From Vulcanimicrobiota bacterium (lineage in GTDB: Bacteria; Vulcanimicrobiota; Vulcanimicrobiia; Vulcanimicrobiales; Vulcanimicrobiaceae), in NCBI GenBank assembly GCA_963767635.1, contig CAVYEM010000001.1, positions 81,818 to 145,817 of the forward strand: a stretch of DNA of 64,000 bases, in the 5' to 3' direction. The notes under the pieces are model-generated. The model saw nothing but the letters and a program-made list of their open reading frames with translations, searched no databases and was not told the origin of the DNA. Shown one piece after another: positions 43,091-53,918 of the stretch; positions within the stretch are counted from its first letter, which is position 1, and the number at the start of each line of letters is the position of its first letter. A program made the translations under genes and the position numbers.

Positions 43091-44482
43091 ATGGCAGAGG
43101 CGCAACCGCGCGTGGGACGCGGTTCGATCGACATCTTTGACCGGAGCCGCCCGATGTGGCGGCTTTTTTTGGTGTTCTTGATCCCGCTGATGCTGAGCAA
43201 TGCGCTGCAGTCGGCCTCGCAGACCGTGGCCAGCATCTTTTTGGGGCGGCTCATCGGGGTCAACGCGCTGGCCGCCGTCTCTGCGGTCTTTCCGATTATC
43301 TTCCTGCTGATTTCATTCATCATCGGCCTTTCCAGCGGAAGCACGGTGCTGATCGGTCAGGCCTTCGGCGCCGGCAATTCGGCGGCAATGAAGCGCGTGG
43401 CGGGAACGACGCTTTCAGTGAGCCTGGTTCTCGGGTTCGCGCTGGGGCTAATCGGCGCCCTGGCCACGGAGCCGCTGCTGACACTCGTGCGAACGCCGGC
43501 GAATATCTTGAACGATTCGGTTTCCTATGCGCGCGTGTTGTTCGCCTACCTCCCGATATTTTTTCCATACATCGCCTACACGACGTTTCTGCGCGGCACC
43601 GGTGATTCCAAGACGCCGTTCTACTTCCTGATCGTGAGCACCGCGCTGTCGATTTTCTTCACGCCGGCGTTCATTTTGGGGTGGTTCGGGCCGCATTTGG
43701 GCGTTACGAGCGCAGCATTTTCAGGGCTGATCGCCAATACGGTCGGCTTTGCCGCGTTCCTGGCGTACTTGTACGTCATTGGTCATCCGCTGCGGTTCGA
43801 TGGAGAAATGCTGCGCGACATGCGGGTGGACTGGCGCATCTTGGTGGCCGTCGTGCGCATCGGCATACCAACCGGCGTGCAAGTCATCATGGTGGCGCTC
43901 GCCGAGATCGCAGTCATTTCGTTCGTGAATTATTTCGGCTCGGACGCGACTGCAGCGTACGGCGCGGTCAATCAAATCGTGGGTTACGTGCAGTTTCCGG
44001 CCATCAGTATCGGCATCACCGCGTCGATTTTCGGGGCGCAGTGCATCGGCGCTCGCCGCGAAGACAAGCTCGAAGGCGTGATTCATTCGGGCGTCGCGCT
44101 GAACTATGCCGTCGGCGGCATTTTAATTCTGCTTTGCTACGTGTTCGCGTGGGACATTCTGGGCTGGTTCATTACGCAATCGCATACGCTGCACATCGCC
44201 CACACGCTGCTCATGATCACGTTGTGGAGCTACCTGCTGTTCGGGAACAGCAGCGTGCTCAGCGGCGTGATGCGCAGCAGCGGCACCGTGTTTTGGCCGA
44301 CCGCGATCACGATTTTTGCAATCTGGGGCGTAGAAGTCCCGGCGGCCTATCTGCTGATGAAGCATTACGGCATCGACGGCGTCTGGATGGGATATCCGAT
44401 CGCATTTGCCGCGTCGCTCGCGCTGCAGTTTACGTACTACGCGCTCGTGTGGAAAAAAAAGACGCACGAGCGGCTCATTTGA
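43091..44482 (+). CDS. MATE-family efflux transporter.
   Basis: About 12 transmembrane segments. The N-terminus is LFLVFLIPLMLSNALQSASQTVASIFLGRL, and FLRGTGDSKTP is present. Start choice: ATG 43091. Confidence 0.85.
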   Translation: MAEAQPRVGRGSIDIFDRSRPMWRLFLVFLIPLMLSNALQSASQTVASIFLGRLIGVNALAAVSAVFPIIFLLISFIIGLSSGSTVLIGQAFGAGNSAAMKRVAGTTLSVSLVLGFALGLIGALATEPLLTLVRTPANILNDSVSYARVLFAYLPIFFPYIAYTTFLRGTGDSKTPFYFLIVSTALSIFFTPAFILGWFGPHLGVTSAAFSGLIANTVGFAAFLAYLYVIGHPLRFDGEMLRDMRVDWRILVAVVRIGIPTGVQVIMVALAEIAVISFVNYFGSDATAAYGAVNQIVGYVQFPAISIGITASIFGAQCIGARREDKLEGVIHSGVALNYAVGGILILLCYVFAWDILGWFITQSHTLHIAHTLLMITLWSYLLFGNSSVLSGVMRSSGTVFWPTAITIFAIWGVEVPAAYLLMKHYGIDGVWMGYPIAFAASLALQFTYYALVWKKKTHERLI

Positions 44483-44527
44483 ACCTTTCCACAGGAAAAA
44501 TCAATTCCGCGCTGCTATCTTCTTCCG

Positions 44528-45712
44528 GTGCGAACCCTCGCCGTCTTGTGCGAAGTCGTCGGCCGGTTCGGCGGAACCGAGCGGTACTGGGAAACCGTCT
44601 TGCCCGTGCTTGCGCAGACGTACCGTGTCCGGCTGTTCGCGCGGACCGTGCTCGAGCCCGATCGCTTCGGCGTCCCCGCAGTCCGAATTCCGTGGTCCGA
44701 TGAAAACAGCGCTCCTTCACGCGAGCAGGCCGCGGTCGTCGCGCGCCGCATTGCCGACTGCGATGCCGTCATAACGGCAAGCGTTTTTGACGCGCTCGTT
44801 CTGGCGGCGGCGCGCTGCCGTCCGCGATGGATTGCGCGCGTTCACGATTACCGCGCGTTCTGTCCCAACGGCAACAAGGTTTTTCCGCAGTTCGCTTCGG
44901 TGTGCACGTCGCCGATGGGCGGCGCGTGCGTCGTTAATGCGTTCGCGCGCGGGTGCGTGAACGGTGCGCACGCCCGATCGCTGCGCCGCATCGGCAACCG
45001 CATGCGCGTTCGCACGGAGCTTTTGAACGCCGATCGCGTGCTCGTTTCCAGCCGCTACATGGCAGTGGTTTGCACGCAGAACGGCATCGACGATGCAGCG
45101 CTGGCCGTCACGCCTCCGCCATTACCGGACGAGGCGTTCGCCGATCCGGTCAGAGCGCCGTCAACGAACGCCGTCATGTTCTTCGGGCGGATGAACGAGA
45201 AGAAGGGCTTGCCCTCGCTGATCCGCGCGCTCGGACGCGTCGCGCCGGAACTTCGCCCGCCGCTCGTCGTTGCCGGCGCTGGTGATGCGGGCGAGGAGAG
45301 CGCGGCACGCCACCTTGCAAAGCGGCACGGCATAAACGTGACTTGGCGCGGTTGGCTTACGGCGGCCGAGTTGCGCGAGGCTCTCGATACGGCGAGCATC
45401 GTCGCCGTTCCGTCTCTCTGGCCCGAGCCGTTTGGTTTGACGGGGACGGAAGCGCTGGCGCGCGGACGTCCCGTAGCGGCGTATCGCGTCGGTGGCGTGC
45501 CCGAGTGGATCGAAGGCGCCGGCATAGCGGTACCGCGCGGCGATGAAGTCTGCGCTGGCCGAGGGGATCGTGCGGCTGAACCGTGACGCTTCATTGTGGA
45601 ACGCGCTTTCCACTGCGGCGCGGGAAAAAGCCGAGCAGTACCGCCTCGAGCGCCACGTAGCGATCCTCAAAAACCTTTTGGAGCACAACCAGTCTGAGGT
45701 AATGGCGTCATG
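44528..45712 (+). CDS. GT4-family glycosyltransferase, with a frameshift near 45548.
   Basis: FFGRMNEKKG...PSLWPEPFGLTGTEALARGRPVAAYRVGGVPEWI is the E-x7-E region. After the shift it continues SALAEGIVRLNRDASLWNALSTAAREKAEQY...VMAS* to 45712. Confidence 0.8.
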
Positions 45713-46892
45713 AAAGTGGTGATTATCGGCGGTGACGGCTACTGCGGCTGGGCGAGCGCGCTGCACCTTTCTTCGCTCGGGATGGACGTGATCGTCGCGG
45801 ACAGTTTGGTGCGCCGCCAATGGGACGCGCAGCTCGGCGTCGCCTCGCTTACGCCCATCGAAACGATGGAACGCCGCCTCGCGCAGTGGACCGCGACTTC
45901 GGGCCGCCGGATCGATTTCGTGGAACTCGACGTCACGCAGTACGATCCGGTCTGCGAACTGCTCGAGCGTGAAGCTCCCGATGCCGTCGTTCACTTCGGC
46001 CAACAGCGAAGCGCCCCATACTCGATGATCGATCGCGATCACGCGGTGCGGACGCTGGTCAACAACACCGTCGGCAATTTGAATTTGCTCTGGGCATTGC
46101 GTGAATGTTCGCCGCAGACGCATCTGGTGAAACTGGGCACGATGGGCGAGTATGGTACACCCAACATCGATATCGAAGAAGGGTTCATTGAAATCACGCA
46201 CAAGGGGCGCACCGACACGCTGCCTTATCCCAAGCAGCCGGGTTCGTTCTATCACCTGACTAAAGTGCACGACAGCGACCAGTCTGTATTTCGTTTGCCG
46301 CACCTGGAAATTGCGCGCGACCGACTTGCATCAGGGCGTCGTGTACGGCGTGCACACGCCGCAGACGTCGGCATCGCCGGCGCTCGTCAACCGCTTCGAC
46401 TACGACCACGTTTTCGGCACCGCGCTCAATCGTTTTTGCGTACAGGCGGCGCTGGAGCACCCGCTTACGGTGTACGGCAGCGGCGGTCAGACGCGATGCT
46501 TTTTGAACATCCGGGATACCGTGCGCTGCGTGGAGTCGGCTGTCCGAAATCCGGCCGAAGCGGGCGAATACCGGGTGTTCAATCAGTTCACCGAAATATT
46601 TTCGGTTCTGCAACTCGCGCATGAAGTGCGCCGCGTCGCTAAGACGATGCGCTTGAACGTGCGGATCGAACATCAGGAAAATCCGCGCGCCGAGCGCGAG
46701 CGGCACCACTATTCGACCATCAACGCGAATCTTCGCCGGCTCGGCTTCGACCCCACGCCGCTGACGGACGCGACGCTGCGCGAGCTGATCGAGGTCGCGC
46801 TGGAACATCGCGATCGCGTCGACGGCGAGGTGATCCGTCCTAGAATTTCATGGAAGCCGCCGCGCCGGCGCGCCTCCTCGCTGTCCGCATAA
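45710..46892 (+). CDS. sqdB: UDP-sulfoquinovose synthase (SQD1/SqdB), with a frameshift near 46285.
   Basis: IIGGDGYCGWASALHLS...SLTPIETMERRL...VHFGQQRSAPYSMIDR...VKLGTMGEYGTPNIDIEEG...SFYHLTKVHDS is followed, after the shift, by CRTWKLRATDLHQGVVYG. Confidence 0.85.
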
Positions 46893-46917
46893 AAAAACGG
46901 GGCGTTTGCGCGCCCCG
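46891..46917 (-). terminator. Rho-independent terminator for the minus-strand small gene.
   Basis: The minus-strand RNA is CGGGGCG-cgcaaa-CGCCCCG followed by U7. Confidence 0.7.
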
Positions 46918-46942
46918 CTTGACCGTTGGTTGTCGTTCGCCG

Positions 46943-47140
46943 CTACTTGCGGCAGTATCCGTTGACGTGCTTGCCGTTGCGCATGTAGCCCTTGACCCAA
47001 TGCTCTCCGGAGGGACAAGAATGTTTCATTTTGCTATGGTGCGTGGTGCTCGTGCCGTGCGCGTAGACGGCGGGCGCTCCCGAAAGCGTGAATGCGAACA
47101 GTGCCGCCGATGAAAGTAGAGCGATAAAAAGACGTTTCAT
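46943..47140 (-). CDS. Small secreted His/Lys-rich two-Cys peptide (65-aa precursor).
   Basis: SD ggagg, signal peptide MKRLFIALLSSAALFAFTLSGAPAVYA, mature sequence HGTSTTHHSKMKHSCPSGEHWVKGYMRNGKHVNGYCRK, and its own terminator. Confidence 0.55.
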   Translation of the reverse strand: MKRLFIALLSSAALFAFTLSGAPAVYAHGTSTTHHSKMKHSCPSGEHWVKGYMRNGKHVNGYCRK

Positions 47141-47186
47141 GATTACCTCCTGCCGTGCCGAAAGGCCGGCGTGCAGGTCTTTCGCT

Positions 47187-48746
47187 TTACTTGCGCTTTT
47201 TCTCTTTTGGCGTCACGCAGGTGCCGGTGGCGCGGCATACCACTACCGGCGTTGCCAGCACGTCGGCCGCGCTCTCGCTTACGTCGGGTCGAGCGGCGAT
47301 GACCTTGCGCGCCTCGAAACCCATGCGGCGGGAGGTATTTCCAACACGTTCGATGCGGCCTTCCGCCTCGATGTAGTCGCCGGCAAACACCGGTGCCAGG
47401 AATTCCACGCTCTCGTACGCCACAAACAAGCCCTCGTCGCCGTCCATGCGGATCAGCAGTTCGGTGGCGACGTCGCCGAAGAGCGCAAGCATGCGCGCGC
47501 CGTCGACCAGATTGCCGCCGTAGTGCGCATCGTGCGCGCTCATCCGCAGGCGGATCAGGCTGCCTGGATCTTCGCCAGTCTGCCACAATTCCTCGAGTTC
47601 GTCCAACGTCATGTCCGCGAGTGCTCTGCCCTCTTTGGCGGCGCGCTGTTCCATGAACGAAAAGCGCTTATGGAATTTTTCGTTCGCTTCCCGCATCGCC
47701 GTTTCCGCATCGATCCCCATGGCGCGTGAAAGGTTCACGATCGTAAACAGCACATCGCCCAATTCCTCGCGCACGTGGGGATCGTCGTGCCGTTCTCGCC
47801 GCGCCTGTGCGAGCTCGCTCAGTTCTTCGTGCAGTTTGTCGAGAATCTCGCTCGTGCCAGGCCAATCAAAGCCGACGCGCGAGGCTTTTTCCTGCATGCG
47901 CTGACCGCGCTGCAGCGCCCCAAGGTGTCTCGGAATGCCGTCCAGGCGGCTCTTGCGGGCGCGGCCCGTTGCCTCTTGGGATTTGAGGGATTCCCAACTC
48001 TTCCACTGCGCTTCGACATTTTCGATCACGGCATCGCCAAAGACGTGCGGGTGGCGGCGCACCATTTTGTTGGCAAGCGCGTCGACCACGTCGGCTACCG
48101 TAAACGTGCCGGCTTCTACGCCGAGCTGCGCGTGAAAGACGATTTGCAACAGCAGATCTCCCAGCTCTTCGGACAACGCCGGCGCGTCGCCGCTTTCGAC
48201 CGCTTCGACCACTTCGTACGTTTCTTCGATCAGATACGGAACCAGCGTGCGATGCGTTTGCTCGCGATCCCACGGACACGACCCGCGCAGACGCGCCATG
48301 ATCTCGATGAGGTCTTCCCACGCGTATCGGGCGGAGGCCGGCGGCAACGGCACGAGCGGCATGCTCATCGAGGCAGCGAGTGCGGCCTTCGGCATGCCGG
48401 GGACGATCTCGGTGCGCGCGCCGCGCGCGTGCAGCTCGCGCAGCAGCAGCGGCAATCCCGGAAAATCCGAGAGAGGATTGCCAAGCACGCCTATTCCCAA
48501 GTCCGAGCCGCCGTCGCAAATGCGGTCGACGCAACGCGCGATCGCGTCGGCACTGCCGCGCACGAACAGCGCGGCGTCTTCGATAACCGCGGCTTCGATC
48601 GCGATGCCGCGCGATTGCAGGGCTCCGGCCAGTTCGGGCGGCGCGAGCAGGGTTGCCGCGCGGCCGATCGTACGCAGCGCTTCAACGCCCCCGAACGTCA
48701 GCAGCTCGGGATCGCCCGGCCCCAGTCCGACGATGCGCACGAGCAT
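47187..48746 (-). CDS. mazG: Three-domain fusion: a short tetrapyrrole-methylase-like domain, tandem MazG NTP pyrophosphohydrolase domains, and a C-terminal hotdog-fold domain.
   Basis: [17 protein letters not shown] (methylase-like). [26 protein letters not shown] and [15 protein letters not shown] (two MazG repeats). [32 protein letters not shown]...[15 protein letters not shown] (hotdog, 3-aminobutyryl-CoA ammonia-lyase-like). It is a single uninterrupted 519-aa ORF. Confidence 0.85.
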   Translation of the reverse strand: MLVRIVGLGPGDPELLTFGGVEALRTIGRAATLLAPPELAGALQSRGIAIEAAVIEDAALFVRGSADAIARCVDRICDGGSDLGIGVLGNPLSDFPGLPLLLRELHARGARTEIVPGMPKAALAASMSMPLVPLPPASARYAWEDLIEIMARLRGSCPWDREQTHRTLVPYLIEETYEVVEAVESGDAPALSEELGDLLLQIVFHAQLGVEAGTFTVADVVDALANKMVRRHPHVFGDAVIENVEAQWKSWESLKSQEATGRARKSRLDGIPRHLGALQRGQRMQEKASRVGFDWPGTSEILDKLHEELSELAQARRERHDDPHVREELGDVLFTIVNLSRAMGIDAETAMREANEKFHKRFSFMEQRAAKEGRALADMTLDELEELWQTGEDPGSLIRLRMSAHDAHYGGNLVDGARMLALFGDVATELLIRMDGDEGLFVAYESVEFLAPVFAGDYIEAEGRIERVGNTSRRMGFEARKVIAARPDVSESAADVLATPVVVCRATGTCVTPKEKKRK

Positions 48747-48773
48747 GTTCGTGCCGGTTCGCCGCCGCTAACG

Positions 48774-49736
48774 TTACTTCGTCGGCGCAGTGGTCGGCGC
48801 GGCCGCCGGTGCGGCGGCTTGGGCGGCGCTCGCCGCCGGCGAGGGGTAGAGACCCGCAAAGCGTTGATCGTGGATGTCGATCTTCGCGTTCGCCTGCAAC
48901 TGCTGCAGAAACGCGGGAATGAGCGGCGCTTCCTGCTGCTGGCGCAGCTGCGCCACGATCTGGTCGCGTGCGCTGGCGATCGTCGCCGTCTGGCCCGGCT
49001 TGCGTTCCTCGACTTCGATGACGTGGTAGCCGAACGGCGATTTCACCGGCGGGCTGACTTTTCCGATCGGTCCCTTGAAGGCGTACGCCTCGAATGCCGG
49101 CACCATCTGACCTTTTCGGAACCAGCCCAGTTCGCCGCCTTTGTCGCGGCTGCCCGGATCGATCGAATACTGCTTGGCTTCGGCCGCGAAGTCTTTACCG
49201 CTCTTGAGGTCGGCTTCGACCTTCTGCGCCGTTTTCAGATCGGGCACCAGGATATGGCGCGCGCGCACCATCGGCGGCTTGTCGAACTGCGTGTGGTTTT
49301 TCGCAAAATACGCGGCGATCTGTTTGTCGGTGATGTGGACGTTCGAACCGACTGCCTTGTCGAGAATGATCTGCCGCCGGATGAGGTCCTGCACGTCTTG
49401 TTCGCTCAAGCCGCGCGCTTTGAGCAGCTCGTCCCACTGTCCGTTGGGATACTGCGCTTTGTATTGATCTTCGACCTTGTTGATCTCGGCCTGCGAAACG
49501 GAGATGTTCTTGTCCTTCGCATACTGATCGATCAAATTGTTGGTGACCATCTGCTGCAGCACCCCGCGCGCCGCGGGGCTGCCTTCCAGTTTCTGATCCA
49601 GGTCGGCATGGCTGATCGCCTGGCCGTTCACGGTTGCGACGTTGCCGCCGGCGGTGCCGCCGCCCCCGCACGCGGCGAGCGTAACGGTCAACAGTGCGGT
49701 GGCAAAACCCGCAAGGACTCGGTGGGCTTTCAACAT
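48774..49736 (-). CDS. Parvulin-type peptidyl-prolyl isomerase lipoprotein (PrsA/SurA-like).
   Basis: Lipobox LAAC, then RARHILV...GGELGWFRKGQMVPAFE...SPFGYHVIEV. The tail is Ala/Pro-rich. Confidence 0.85.
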   Translation of the reverse strand: MLKAHRVLAGFATALLTVTLAACGGGGTAGGNVATVNGQAISHADLDQKLEGSPAARGVLQQMVTNNLIDQYAKDKNISVSQAEINKVEDQYKAQYPNGQWDELLKARGLSEQDVQDLIRRQIILDKAVGSNVHITDKQIAAYFAKNHTQFDKPPMVRARHILVPDLKTAQKVEADLKSGKDFAAEAKQYSIDPGSRDKGGELGWFRKGQMVPAFEAYAFKGPIGKVSPPVKSPFGYHVIEVEERKPGQTATIASARDQIVAQLRQQQEAPLIPAFLQQLQANAKIDIHDQRFAGLYPSPAASAAQAAAPAAAPTTAPTK

Positions 49737-49796
49737 TCTGCGCTCCAGTTCAAGGGAATAACCGCCGCCCGTTTCGCGGCAACCGTTCGCGGTCCT

Positions 49797-52700
49797 TCAC
49801 ATCGCTTCGAGCAAACTCCGAAGCAGCGGCATCCACACCTCTTCGGCGCGCAGGCCACCGCGCAGCGCCGGCAAATCGACCAGCACCTTTCCTTCCGCGA
49901 ACCGAAAGCGGTTTTTTGTCAGCGACTGCAGCTTGGGTATGGCGCTGGGCTGCAGCTCGAAGCCGCTGCCGACGCCGAGCGTGAGCCGTTTCTCGTCGAC
50001 GATGACGCGCGTGACGTGCTTGTGCAGGGCGATGGTGCGCAGTTTCGTGAGCTCGACCAGATTCTCGAGCGGCGTGGGAAGCGGCCCGAAGCGATCTCGA
50101 ACGCCCGCGGCGATGTCTTCGACTTGCGTTTCGCTGCGCGATTTGGCGAGCTGCTGATAGACCGCGATCTTTTGAGAGACCTGCGGAATGTAGTCGCCCG
50201 GTATGTAGGCGTCGATCTTCACGTCGATTACGGCCTCGCGCTGCTCTTCCAGCGCAGCTTGCCGTCCTTGGCGCTGCGCGATCGCTTCGGCCAGGAGCTG
50301 ACAGTACGTATCGAAACCGACCGACGCGATGAACCCCGATTGCGCCGAGCCTAGCAAATTCCCCGCACCGCGAATCTCCAAATCCCGCATCGCGATCTGC
50401 AAACCGCTGCCCAAATGCGTGAACTCGCGAATCGCCTCGAGACGCGCTTTGGCTTCTTCGGTGAGCGCTTTGTGTCCCTGGTAGAGCAGATACGCATAGG
50501 CTTGATGGTTGGAGCGGCCCACGCGCCCGCGCAGCTGATAGAGCCTGCGCCAAGCCGAAGTTGTCGGCATCGTTGACGACGATCGTGTTCACGTTCGGAA
50601 TGTCGATGCCGTTTTCGATGATCGTCGTCGCCACGAGCACGTCGATCTCGCCTTCGATGAACGACTGCATGATCGGTTCGAGTTCGTGCTCGTTCATCTG
50701 CCCGTGCCCGATCGCGATGCGTGCGCGGGGCACCAGCTGCTGCAAGGCATTCTTCACGGCATAGATCGATTCGATCCGGTTGTGCAGGTAGTACACCTGG
50801 CCGCCGCGATCCAGTTCCGCCGCGATGGCGCGCTGTACCACCGCGTCGCCGGCCGGAACGACCACGGTCTTGATAGACATGCGGTTCTTGGGCGCGGTTT
50901 GGATCAGCGAGAGATCGCGCACTCCGATGAGCGACATGTGCAAGGTGCGCGGAATCGGCGTTGCCGAGAGCGTAAGGACGTCGACGCTGGCGCGCAGCTG
51001 CTTGAGCCGCTCTTTGTGCATGACGCCGAAGCGCTGCTCCTCGTCGACGATGATGAGGCCCAGATCCGCGAACGCGATGTCTTTTTGCAGCAGGCGATGG
51101 GTGCCGATGACGATGTCGACTTTGCCCTCGGCCAATGCGCGCACGGTCTCGCGCTGATCTTTCTTGCTCTTGAAGCGCGAAAGCTCTTCGATGAGCAGCG
51201 GGAAACCGGCAAAGCGAGCGCGCAGCGTGCGGTAATGCTGGTCCGCCAGCAGCGTCGTGGGGACCAGGATGGCGACTTGCTTTTTGTCCGCCACCGCCTT
51301 GAAGGCCGCGCGGATCGCGACTTCCGTTTTGCCGTAGCCGACGTCGCCGCATACAACGCGATCCATGGGGCGCGCGCGCTCCATGTCGGCCTTCGCTTCC
51401 TGGATCGCTTTGCGTTGGTCGGGCGTTTCTTCGTAGGGGAACGCTTCTTCCAACTCTGCCTGCCACGGCGTATCGGGCGCGAACGCATGGCCTTTGGCGA
51501 GCTCGCGCTCCGCGTACAGATCGACCAAACCTTCCGCGATTTTTGCCAGCGATTCCGAAACGCGCGCTTTCGTGCGCACCCAATCCGAGCCGCCCATTTT
51601 GGAAAGGCGCGGCGTCGCGCCTTCCGCTGCACCGTATTTGGTAACTTGATGCATCTGCGTGACGGGGACCAGCATGCGATCGGTGCCTGCATATTTGAGG
51701 TCCAGATAGTCCTGCGTCGCGCCAAGTATCGTTTCGGTGCGCAAACCCAGATATTGGCCGATCCCATGCACGGCGTGCACGACGTAATCCGCGACTTTGA
51801 GGTCCGCGAGCGTAACGGGAACGCCTTCTTTGACGGCGCGCAGCTTTACGCGTTTGGGCGGTTGCCCGTAGATTTCGCGATCGCCCAGCACGCGCAGTCG
51901 CAGCTGCGCAGCGGTGAAGCCCGCTTCGATGCTGCCGTGGTCAATCAGCACGCGTCCGCTTCCCGATCCCAGCCCGGCCGCATGCACGATGTCGGCGGTG
52001 CGCGCGGCGCCCGACGTCACCAGCACCACGGTATCGCCGGCGGCGACCCATTCGCGCAACGCCTGCGTGAATAGCTCGATTTGCCGGTTGAAGTGGTGCG
52101 CGGGCTGCATTTGCAGCACGGCGTTCTCGAGAATGGGCGGCATCCACTCGACGGACTGCGCGCTTTCGATGCCGGCGGGGAAAACGAGCGCCGCATGCCG
52201 CGAGAGCGCCGGCGCAAGATCGCGCAGACGGGGATACGGCGCGGCAACTTGCGCGAGCAGGCTTTCCTCGACTTCGGCTGCGTCGACTGCCAGCTCGCTC
52301 GCGGCCGCGCCCGCCAGCACTTGCTCCTCGCGCGAACGCTCCTCGTCCAAGCTTCCTCGACGGTTGCGAGCATGCCGGGTTCGTCGATGACGATTCGCGC
52401 GTGCGCACTCAGATAGTCGAGCACGGTTTCGCGCTGTTCGAACGCAAACGGAAGCCACGCTTCAGGGACGTCCGCGCCTGAAGCCAGATACGCGCGCAAC
52501 GACGCCAAAACGTTCTGCGGCCCCTCGAATCGCCGTAAGACGTCCTCGCGCAGGGCAGCGTCGCGGGGAATCTCGGTCCACGGCGCGATCTCGAGCGCGT
52601 CCAGGGAACCCTCGCTGCGCTGCGACTCGACCTCGAATGGTCGAATGCTTTCCACTGCGTCACCGAAAAATTCCAGCCGCGCGGGCTTGTCGGCGGACGC

Positions 52701-53354
52701 CGGAAACACGTCCAGGATGCCGCCGCGCACCGCGTACTCGCCCGCAGCGCTCACGACGTCGCAGCGCCGGTAGCCCAAGCGGTGCAGGCGGGCAATCGTC
52801 GCATCCCACCCGGCATCGCGATCGCGCGCAAGCGTGAACCGCGCGCGCGCAAACTCCTCGCGCGGAACGACGTACTGGCGCAGCGCCACGAGCGGCGCAA
52901 GAAAAATTCCGGGGCCGCCGTCCACGAGTTCGGAAAGCAGCGTCATGCGCGCGCTGCGCTCCGACGGCGAATCGATGGCCCCGGCCAGGTCCTCGCGTGC
53001 GCGCAGCAAGCGAACCGCGCTGGGTTCGCTCTCTTCGAGATAATAGAGCAAATCGGCGAACAATCGCTCTGCCGCGTCCGGGGTCGCGACGATGACGAAC
53101 AGTTGCCCCCCAAGGGCGCGATATGCAGCCGCCAGCAGCGCCGGACGCGCTGCGGGGATCGTTTCGTGCAGGGCGTGCGCGCCGACGCCTCGCCGCAGCG
53201 CTTCCACGAGGCGCGCCATGGCGCGAGTCTCGGACAGCCGCTGGACGAGAGTCCCCGCGAACATCGGCCTTCGGGGGCTCGCGGCCGCCGAGCCCACACG
53301 CTGGTCGGCAAGAGGGGACTCCGGCGGGACCGGCATACGGAGAGTCACAGCCAT
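49797..53354 (-). CDS. mfd: Transcription-repair coupling factor Mfd, with single-base frameshifts near 52352 and 50545.
   Basis: The UvrB-like N-terminus is ORF 52017-53354. The RNAP-interaction and helicase core (GDVGYGKTEVA, DEEQRFGV, TLSATPIPRT) is ORF 49750-52458. LYQLRGRVGRS and the C-terminal domain are ORF 49797-50570. Confidence 0.95.
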
Positions 53355-53406
53355 ACGATGATAACCGTCGAGCGCAACCCCTTGCGCCGCTCCGGAGTTT
53401 TTAGCA

Positions 53407-53433
53407 TTAGCAGTCTAACGACTTGAGTGCTAA
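53407..53433 (+). promoter_or_regulatory. CIRCE-like HrcA operator upstream of hsp20.
   Basis: TTAGCAgTC-N9-GAGTGCTAA has one mismatch to the consensus TTAGCACTC-N9-GAGTGCTAA. It is embedded in a longer inverted repeat, TAGCATTAGCA...TGCTAATGCTA (53402-53438). Confidence 0.6.
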
Positions 53434-53464
53434 TGCTAGTAAAAATCCGGAGGTTACGAACCGC

Positions 53465-53854
53465 ATGAACAACCTGACGCAACAAAACTCGACTCGGAAC
53501 GGCGGCAGCTTGCTCCGTCCGTTTGCCGACCTGTGGGGCGCCGATCCGCTGCGGACGCTGTTTTCCCCGATGGGCGCCTACGGCGGCATCGACATTTCGC
53601 GCACAGACAGCGGCTACTCGATAGAGATGCCCGTGGCCGGCTTCACGCCGCAGGACATCGAGGTCACCCTTGAAGACGGCGTGCTGAGCGTCGCAGGCAA
53701 GAACGAGAAGCGGTCCTTCTCGCGCTCGATCGCGGTTCCCGAAGAAGTCGACGCCGAGCACATCGAGGCGAATGTCGAGCACGGCATGCTTACTTTGACG
53801 CTGGCGCTTCTTCCCAAGGCGCAGCCGAAGAAAATCGAAGTCAAGAGCAAGTAA
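53465..53854 (+). CDS. Small heat-shock protein (Hsp20/alpha-crystallin family).
   Basis: The SD ggagg lies upstream of ATG 53465. The alpha-crystallin core is YSIEMPVAGFTPQDIEVTLEDGVLSVAGK...IEANVEHGMLTLTL. Confidence 0.9.
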   Translation: MNNLTQQNSTRNGGSLLRPFADLWGADPLRTLFSPMGAYGGIDISRTDSGYSIEMPVAGFTPQDIEVTLEDGVLSVAGKNEKRSFSRSIAVPEEVDAEHIEANVEHGMLTLTLALLPKAQPKKIEVKSK

Positions 53855-53885
53855 CGGCGCGCGGGAGCGCAGCCGCCCGATCGAC

Positions 53886-53918
53886 AAAAAGTCCCGCCAT
53901 CGCGGGACTTTTTGTTTT
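53886..53918 (+). terminator. Rho-independent (potentially bidirectional) terminator after hsp20.
   Basis: AAAAA-GTCCCGC-catc-GCGGGAC-TTTTTGTTTT. Confidence 0.8.

Noticed and set aside
47775-50354. An 859-aa plus-strand ORF spanning mazG, prsA and the mfd 3' end.
   Set aside because: It is antisense to three well-supported minus-strand genes, has an Arg-rich composition, and shows no recognisable motifs.
53423-53464. The TTG start offered by the ORF track for hsp20.
   Set aside because: It lies inside the CIRCE-like palindrome and lacks an SD. ATG 53465 is preceded by GGAGG and gives a normal-length Hsp20.
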